Source: an uncultured Planctomycetaceae bacterium
GTDB taxonomy: Bacteria > Planctomycetota > Planctomycetia > Isosphaerales > Isosphaeraceae
Reading direction: 5' to 3'
DNA: 64,000 bases
Assembly: GCA_963833985.1 (NCBI GenBank)
Contig: CAWIAD010000002.1
Coordinates: 2,720,001 to 2,784,000, forward strand
Shown here: in pieces, positions 57,045 through 64,000 of the stretch
Layout: each line of letters opens with the position of its first letter
How positions within the stretch are numbered: position 1 is the first letter of the stretch
Notes under the pieces: model-generated
What the model was told of the DNA's origin: nothing
Database searches by the model: none
Seen by the model: the letters and a program-made list of their open reading frames with translations, nothing else
Made by a program: the position numbers and the translations under genes

Positions 57045-58061
57045 ATGGCCGTCAAGGCGTCGAAACCCCAGGCGATCCGGGCCCCGAGCGACTTCCCGGC
57101 GGGGCCGGCCGGGCACTCCGGCGCCCCGGCTCTGCTGCCGGCCGCGGAGCAGCAGCCCTCGCTCGCGGAACGTCTGGAGGACTGGGCGTTCCTGGCCTGG
57201 GAACAGCTCTGGAACCCCGTGAGCTTGCGGAGCTGGGGCGGTGCGGTCGGGCTCCACGGCTTCCTGCTGGTCTGCCTGGCGCTCTGGTACTTCTCGCCGC
57301 CCGTACACCGGCCGATCCATTTTGACAGCCGCCTTGCCGGCAGCCCCAAAGGCGTTCCCGAGGGCCTGTCGCTGAGCGGGGGCATGAACACGCCGCTGGC
57401 CATGCCCGACGTGCCCGACAACCTGCTTCCCGGTGCCGACGAACCGCTCCTGGAGCTGGTCGCGCCGCCGCTGGAGCCGGCCGAGCTGGCGCTGGCCCGG
57501 GGCGGCAGGCCAAGCGGAGGGGGCGGCGTCGCGAACAACAACCCGGGCGCCGGTGAGGGCGACGGATTCGGCCTGGCCCGCTTCGGCGAAGGGGGCGAGG
57601 TGGTGCGCGGCGTCTCGGTCAAGGTGGGCGACCCACAGTTCACGCTCATCTGGGACAGCTCCGCCGACCTCGACCTCCACGTCATCGAGCCAGGCGGCAA
57701 GGAGATCTACTGGGAAGAGCCCAAGGGCGCCCGCGGCGGTGAGCTCGACGTGGACAACACCAAGGGGTTCGGCCCGGAGAACGTCTACTGGCTTGTGGAG
57801 TCGGATGGCCCGGGCTCGAAGAAGGTGAAGGGTCCTGGACCGGCTGGCGCGTACCAATGGTTCGTCGTCTACTGGGGCGGCTTCGGCGGCATCCCCAAGC
57901 CCACGCACTGGAAGGTCCGCATCAAGCACAATGGCAAGCTGACGATCGTCAACGGCAAGTTCCAGGCCCTGAACGAGCACAGCAAGACGTACACCTTCAA
58001 GGTCGACGCACCCGCACCTGTCCTGGGCGGCGACACCCCCATTCCCGCCGAGACGCCGTGA
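57045..58061 (+). CDS. Membrane-anchored YfaP/DUF2135-like domain protein
   Basis: TM segment VGLHGFLLVCLALW; FTLIWDSSADLDLHVIEP, GGELDVDNTKGFGPENVYW. Confidence 0.8.
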   Translation: MAVKASKPQAIRAPSDFPAGPAGHSGAPALLPAAEQQPSLAERLEDWAFLAWEQLWNPVSLRSWGGAVGLHGFLLVCLALWYFSPPVHRPIHFDSRLAGSPKGVPEGLSLSGGMNTPLAMPDVPDNLLPGADEPLLELVAPPLEPAELALARGGRPSGGGGVANNNPGAGEGDGFGLARFGEGGEVVRGVSVKVGDPQFTLIWDSSADLDLHVIEPGGKEIYWEEPKGARGGELDVDNTKGFGPENVYWLVESDGPGSKKVKGPGPAGAYQWFVVYWGGFGGIPKPTHWKVRIKHNGKLTIVNGKFQALNEHSKTYTFKVDAPAPVLGGDTPIPAETP

Positions 58062-58298
58062 TTGCCCCGCAGGCTGGGCGAGCTGGCCGACGGACGTCGC
58101 GAGCTGCATAGCGGGTCCGCGACCGTCCGGATAACCCGCTGCGGCCCTCGCCCATCGAGCTGCCGGATGCGGGGAGAGCCAGGATTGCCCGCGCGATGAC
58201 GTGGGTGGTCGCGGCATGTGGGCCCGCCGTCGAGAGTTGAGCTGGTTCCTCGCCGAGCCAGGCGATGTGGCCGGGTTTCTTGATCTCGCACGCAGACC

Positions 58299-60234
58299 CT
58301 ACCGCGCCGCGGCCGCCTCTCCGCGGGCGATGGCGGAGGGTGAATCGGAGGCTGGCTTCCTGGTGATCACCAGGCAGTCGGCCATCTCGCCGGAATCCGT
58401 CCAGGCGCGGTACGTCAGGCGGTCTTCCACGTCGTCGATCTCGATCGTCTGATAAGTCGGAGTGGACGTCAGGCCGACCTCCATGTAGTCGCGCGGGGGC
58501 TGGTCGCAGAACTTGTCACCGGCCACCGAGACGACGTAGACCGTTCCCTCGTGCGGGGTCGAGCCGGGCACGTGCGCCGCGCATCGGATAGGTGCGCATG
58601 TACGCGTGGTCGTGGCCCTGAAAAACCATGTCCACGCGGTGCTTGTCGAAGATCGGCACCCAGTAGCGCCGCATCGCCGGCTCGTCGCGCGTGGGGTGCG
58701 AGGGATACGTCGGGTGGTGGAACATCACGAACTTCCAGCGCGCGGACGTTCGCGATAGCGCATCGTCCAGCCACAGGGCCTGGACCTGGGCGGCCCGACG
58801 ATCGGACACCGCCAGCGTGCTGTCGAGTACCGCGAAGAAGGCCGTGCCGGTCTCGAAGTGGTAGACCAGCCCGGTGTCGATGCCGGCAGGGCCGTTGGTC
58901 GGCAGGGCGAGGTACGATTGGTAGAGCCAGGGGCCGCGGTCGAGGTATTCGTGGTTCCCCACGCAGGGCATGAGCGGGATGCGCTCGAAGATAGGCTCGG
59001 CGCGGAGGAAGAAGTGGTCCCAGTTGGTCCGCTCGTTGCCGCGGTCGACCAGGTCGCCGGCCATGAGGATGAACTCGATGCCCGGGTGCCGCCGGTAGGC
59101 GCTGAAGAGCCGTTTGCCCCAGTCTTGCAGCCCGGTCTGGGCATCGCCCATGTAGAGGAACTCGAGCCGTCCCGGTCTGCTCTTGCCGGTCTTGGCGGTG
59201 CGCCACGGTCCCCAGCCCGGCTTCGAGCCGTCGGCCAGCGAGTAAAGGTAGACCGTGTCGGCCGCCAGCTCGCCGGCGCGCACGACGTGGCGGCGGATGA
59301 CCGGATCGTTGAGCAGGTTCTGTGAGTGGACGAGGCTGGACGTCCCCTCGATCACGCGCACACCGGTGAGGTCGGGGTCCTGGCGGGCCTCGTTCTCGGC
59401 CGAGGAGAAGCGGGCCGGCACCATGCGGATGGCCGTCCGCCCCACGTCCGCCGCCGTGCGCCAGCTCCAGGTCAGCTCGTGGGCCGGATCGGCACCATAG
59501 CTGATGGTCACCTGGTCGGCGGCCTGCGCCGCCGGGACGTGCGTTTTCCAGACCCGGCCCGTGGCCAGCAGCGTGCCGTGGCGGGACTCGTGGCGGGGTT
59601 GCAGCAGGATCGAGCCGATCAGCTCCTCGGGGAGCGCCTCGAACGGCCGCATCGAGTCGCTCGCCGCGCTGCTGCCGGGCCGGGCAATGACCGGGCGCCA
59701 GGAGCCGCTCGGGAACTCGTCGTGACCCAGGTGGATGGCGGATTCGCTGAGCGCTGGCTGGCCCGGTGGCGTTCGCAGGAAGACCACGTAATGCGCTGGC
59801 GGGGTGCGGTCCAGGCCGTTCACCCCCAGGCCGATCCACCCCGCAGGGAAGCTCTTGCGAAAGAGCGTCCAGCGACCGTCTGGGTTGGCCAGCTTCGTCT
59901 CGACGGCCTTGAAGCTCTGGTCGGCGATCCAGAACGGCACCGATCTGGAGGGCGCGGCCACGTAGACAACGACCGGAACCTCGGTCTGGAACCTGAGGTA
60001 GCCTCGCCCCAGGGCATCGCGCTCGCTGTCCCACAGTGTGGCAAGCAGCTCCGGCCCGTGCGTGGCCAGTACCGTGAGCCGGGCCTCGGAGAGCGCTGCG
60101 CTGAGGCGGCGTCCGGCGTCCGCGAGCGTCTGGTCGACGGAAGGCAGAGATTCCACGGGGCTCTGCGGCTGGCAACCGGCAAGCAGTGCCAGCGCCAACA
60201 CCATGAGCCTGCGGCCCCGCATTCTCCGCATCAT
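58299..60234 (-). CDS. Lipoprotein metallophosphoesterase, purple-acid-phosphatase-like (apparent frameshift near 58573)
   Basis: Lipobox LLAGC; GDAQ, GDLVD, GNHE, FHHP, GHDH motifs. Confidence 0.9.
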
Positions 60235-60334
60235 ATCATCCATGACGCCGGCCCCGACATCCTTCCCTGGCGCAGGCGCAGTCACGAGCGTAGATAACGC
60301 ATCCGCGACTAAATTGTAATGGCGTTTTGGAAGA

Positions 60335-61552
60335 TTGGCCGTGGGCGCCGTGGGCCGTGGGGCACCCGTCGGCCATCTGTGGTCCGAGGGGGCCGTAGCC
60401 GCTCCGGGTGGAAGGGAGGCCGGCGTGTCGCGATCCGCGGTGGAGTGGACTCTCGGCTTGCTTGCGGCCGGGACCGCCATGTTCCTGGCCCGGATGTTCC
60501 CGGGCCTGCGCGGCCTGGAGCCCTGGCTCGCCGCGCTCGCAGGGGGAGTGGTGTTCCTCATCGCCTGCCTCATCCGCGGCCCGGGCCGGAGACCCGATCG
60601 GCAGCCCGCTCGATGCCATCCGCCCGCCAGCGCGCTGGCCCCTGGCTCCTCGCCCGCGCTCTCGATCGTCTCGCTTCAGGGCGTGCGGAAGGCGGCCAAC
60701 TTCCGTGATCCGCGGTTCTTCCGCTACGATGCCGGGGCGGAGGCTGCGCCGGACCCGGCTCATCCTCCAGCCGCTTATACCGGCCGGCCGGGCGCACAGC
60801 CGCCGGCATTGCTTGGCAACTGGGCCCTGGTGTCGGTCTTCGCGGGATGCGATGGACGGTCATGGTCCGAATCCGAGATCGCCGGCCGCCTGGACGGCTT
60901 GATCCAGGCTGCGCAGTGGCTTGCCGGCGAGGCGGCCCGCTACGGCGCAGCGGTGCGGCTGGGCGTGTGTGATACGTATCTGGCCATCGACGACGACTCC
61001 GTTGAACCGGTCGAGATTGGATTTGCCCCCCAGGGGAATGAGATCGCGCCTTTCGAGGGGGATCAGGAGGCACGCGCGTTGGTGCTGATCAGCCGCGGCG
61101 CGCGGCAGATGGGCTTTCGCGATGCGGCTGAGCTGGTGGCGCAGGTCGAATCGCGGCTGTCTGGCTGGAGGAGCGTCTGGCTGCTCCATGTCCGCCGGGC
61201 CGGTGGCTCACTGGCCATTCCCGCGGACCTGGCTGACCTCCCCGGCGTGAGCCTCGCGGTCTGCTACGCTCGGGAAGCCAGCTTCACCGAGCCGGTGGTG
61301 CGCGTACCTGCCGCGGATCCGGTCACCTTCGTGCACGAGGTGCTTCATCTCTTCGGCGCGACCGACAAGTACGGGAGCAAGCTCGATGCCTTCGCGCCGG
61401 GCAGCGTGACGGCTTCAGAGATCATGCGGCTGGATCGGGACCGCCTCGATCAGCTTCGTATCGATGCGCTCACCGCCGAGGAGATTGGCTGGTGCGCCCG
61501 GCCAGGCAATGCGGAACGCGACCGAACCGTAGGGGACGGACCGCCGGGCTGA
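60335..61552 (+). CDS. Membrane-anchored putative zinc metalloprotease
   Basis: Two N-terminal TM segments; HEVLHLFGATDKY (HEXXH) and a downstream EIM turn; start uncertain. Confidence 0.7.
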   Translation: MAVGAVGRGAPVGHLWSEGAVAAPGGREAGVSRSAVEWTLGLLAAGTAMFLARMFPGLRGLEPWLAALAGGVVFLIACLIRGPGRRPDRQPARCHPPASALAPGSSPALSIVSLQGVRKAANFRDPRFFRYDAGAEAAPDPAHPPAAYTGRPGAQPPALLGNWALVSVFAGCDGRSWSESEIAGRLDGLIQAAQWLAGEAARYGAAVRLGVCDTYLAIDDDSVEPVEIGFAPQGNEIAPFEGDQEARALVLISRGARQMGFRDAAELVAQVESRLSGWRSVWLLHVRRAGGSLAIPADLADLPGVSLAVCYAREASFTEPVVRVPAADPVTFVHEVLHLFGATDKYGSKLDAFAPGSVTASEIMRLDRDRLDQLRIDALTAEEIGWCARPGNAERDRTVGDGPPG

Positions 61553-61649
61553 GAGGCGGCCCGCCGAGCCCAAAAAACAACCGTGACCCATCATCGCAGG
61601 CGCGACGAGGATCACGGTTCGTTCGATACCGGGAGGATCGAGGAACAGT

Positions 61650-61892
61650 TCAGTTCGATTCCGGAGAGCTGGCTGCCTTGCCAAGCTGATTCACCAGGTT
61701 GGCGGCATCCGTCGCGCGCCGGAAATCCGAGTACTTCGCCATGGGCGCTGAACAGCTTTCGTCCCTGTAAACGCCGACGACCGTGTATAGACCATTCATC
61801 TCGCCCGTCTCGGCCCTGAGGAACAAACCCGACCGGATCAGCGATGCCAGGTTATGCTGCCACAGTTGGGTTTCGGCCAGTTTCGCAGTCAT
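61650..61892 (-). CDS. Small hypothetical protein (MTAKLAETQLWQHNLASLIRSGLF...)
   Basis: 80 aa with globular composition; GTGAGG RBS-like element upstream. Confidence 0.65.
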   Translation of the reverse strand: MTAKLAETQLWQHNLASLIRSGLFLRAETGEMNGLYTVVGVYRDESCSAPMAKYSDFRRATDAANLVNQLGKAASSPESN

Positions 61893-62669
61893 GGCGAGCC
61901 TCACTTTTCATCTCGGGAAAGTTCGACCTCGATCTGTGGGACATTGAAGAGGGAGAGCCAGACTGGAATCGAGTTCTCTCTCACGGGTAACCAGTAATGG
62001 ATTCGTTGCCCCGGCTGAAAGCTTCTCACCGGCACAGTATTCCCGATTTCCTCTTACTCGTGTAGACGATCTTCGAGCCACGTCGGTTCGCTTGATCCGT
62101 CATGACTGAAGATGTTGCCTCCTATAATCAAACTGTAGCCCAAAAGCGGCCTTCAGAAAGGGGGAAATCGAGAATTACGCGGGTGACGGTCGGGACATTC
62201 CAACAATGAGCAAACGCAAGGCCGATTCTCGAGAAAGCGCCACGGCACCCGCCGGGCGCCGGCTGGGACCGCTGGTTCAATGCCTTGCAGCGCCGCCTCC
62301 GTGGTGCTTGCCTGGGTCGTCAACCGTTCTCGCCGCAGTTCCGCGCGGCGGATTCAACTCGAACGTCCTTCGCGAGTTAAGAAAAAACATTGGACTGGCC
62401 GGCATGCCCTGCGCCCGCCCGCTGCCGTGACTTTCGACGTCATCGCAGCGGTTTCGACCACACGTGGTTTGACCATATTCCATGGATAAGCGATCTCGGC
62501 CTGCATTTCAAGGCAGCAGATCCCCTACGTCAACTTTGCAACAACGGCAAGCAAACGCTGCACAGGTTCTAGACGACGGAGACAGCCGCGCGAGCAGGGT
62601 CGACGCGAGGGTCCGCGTATGGATCGTCGTCGGGGCGAGCCGTGGCACGATCACTCCATTCAGGCCCGT

Positions 62670-63674
62670 TCAGTCGCTCTCTGGCCGAGCCCGGTCCGCC
62701 AGCGCCAGGGCCCCGTGCACGACCACCTGCTCGCCGAGCGCGGCCGGGACGATGTCGAACGTGCCGCGGAAGGGCGGGAACACGCTGGCATCGACCAGCG
62801 CCCGGATGGGCCCGAACCAGTGCGCCTCGCCGATCAGCGAGACTCCCCCTCCCAGGATGATCCGCCGGGGTGAGCAGAGCGCGATCGCCTGGCGAAGCGC
62901 GAACGCCAGGCTCCGCCGGGCGGCGTCCAGGATCGCCGCGGCGCGCTCATCGCCGGCGAACGCGGCCTCGGCGACCATCTCGGTGGTGATGGCTCCCGGA
63001 TCGGCACCCGCGGCCTCGAGGACAACCCAGTGCCCTTTTGACTCGGTCCCGGGGGCGATTGCCTGCCGGCGTGCTTGCCGCGCGATGCCCCAGCCGGAGG
63101 CCGCGTCCTCCAGGGGCACGATCTGGACATCAGCCCCCGCACCAAGGGGAACTTCCGTGTGGCCGATCTCCACGGCCCCCACGCCGCAGCCGCGGTAGAT
63201 TTGCTGCTCAATGATGAGAGCGCCGCCGATGCCGCTGCCGATCGTCAGGTAAAGCAGTGGCGAGCAACCCGCTCCCGCACCGAAGATCGCCTCGGCCAGG
63301 CCAGCCGTATCGGCGTCATTCTCGACCACGGCCCTGGCAATCCCGGTGCTTTGCCGCAGCCGCTCAGCCAGAGGGAAGTCCGACCATCCCTCGACCTGGT
63401 AGGACGTTCGCACGCTTCCAGCGGATGAGTCCACGGGCCCGCCAAAGCCGACGCCCAGCGCCCGCAGGTCTTCGGCTCTCAGCCCGGTGCGCGCCAGCAA
63501 GACGCCAAGTGCCTCGTCGATCTGGTCGAGGATGCCGCCGGCACCGCGGGCGGGATCGACCTTGCGGCGCTCCAGCACGCGGATTGAACCGTCGCCCCGG
63601 CCGATACCAAGCTGGAGCTTCGTGCCGCCGATCTCGATCCCGAGCAGCCAGCCCTGGTCCCGCGTCGCGTTCAT
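62670..63674 (-). CDS. ROK family sugar kinase
   Basis: GIEIGGTK, GVGFGGPVD, ENDA, TIGSGIGG, EIGH, LGGGVS. Confidence 0.92.
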   Translation of the reverse strand: MNATRDQGWLLGIEIGGTKLQLGIGRGDGSIRVLERRKVDPARGAGGILDQIDEALGVLLARTGLRAEDLRALGVGFGGPVDSSAGSVRTSYQVEGWSDFPLAERLRQSTGIARAVVENDADTAGLAEAIFGAGAGCSPLLYLTIGSGIGGALIIEQQIYRGCGVGAVEIGHTEVPLGAGADVQIVPLEDAASGWGIARQARRQAIAPGTESKGHWVVLEAAGADPGAITTEMVAEAAFAGDERAAAILDAARRSLAFALRQAIALCSPRRIILGGGVSLIGEAHWFGPIRALVDASVFPPFRGTFDIVPAALGEQVVVHGALALADRARPESD

Positions 63675-63693
63675 CGGCCCGCTTCAGCCTGAC

Positions 63694-64000
63694 TCAGTGC
63701 GCGCCGGCTCCGTTGAGCGCGGCGACTTTCTGGGAGAACCGCCGGTGCAGGTCGTCGATCAGCCAGTGGAAGACCACCTGGTGCAGCGACTCGGTGACTC
63801 CCATGTCGTCGATGCCCACGTGCAGGTTGTGATGGGCCAGGGTCTTCAGTTTCCCGCCCGAGAACCCCGTGAAACCGACGGTGACCAGCCCGGTACGGTT
63901 CGCCCACTCGACGGCCCGCAGGATGTTGGGGCTGTTGCCGCTTCCGGAGATGGCCAGCAGCAAGTCACCCGGCGAGGCCAGGTTCTTGAGCTGCTCAAGG
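63694..64000 (-). CDS. SIS-domain protein, phosphoheptose isomerase GmhA-like (start lies beyond the window)
   Basis: [39 protein letters not shown]. Confidence 0.85.
   Translation of the reverse strand, partial: LEQLKNLASPGDLLLAISGSGNSPNILRAVEWANRTGLVTVGFTGFSGGKLKTLAHHNLHVGIDDMGVTESLHQVVFHWLIDDLHRRFSQKVAALNGAGAH

Overview
A 64-kb, high-GC bacterial chromosomal segment. Planctomycetota, probably Isosphaeraceae-like, is inferred from the PEP-CTERM protein, the LEDR-type export motif, the Zn-ribbon SpoVG, Uma2, DUF1080 and the HEAT/BON proteins. It is mostly housekeeping: lpxD-lpxI, fabH, ispH, ispE-spoVG, pdxA, ligA, a family-4 UDG, grpE, nnrD, larB, a ROK kinase, a SIS/GmhA protein, and a biotin cluster (fused bioD-bioA, then bioB-bioF-bioH-bioC). 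It also encodes secreted carbohydrate enzymes (PL10, GH55) and envelope proteins. Accessory and non-coding signals are: (1) a DUF1778/GNAT toxin-antitoxin cassette between 160-bp direct repeats that duplicate the 3' end of a BON-domain gene, with no integrase; (2) smaller direct-repeat duplications enclosing REP-like palindromes; (3) a composite REP/heptamer array bounded by terminal inverted repeats; (4) an internally deleted IS66 relic; (5) two accessory genes inserted in the biotin cluster. About 12 apparent frameshifts, two of them in ligA, look like sequencing indels, and 10 of them sit on TGCGC/GCGCA, which may reflect a methylated motif. No rRNA, tRNA or CRISPR array was recognised. All calls come from reading motifs by eye; no database search was run.
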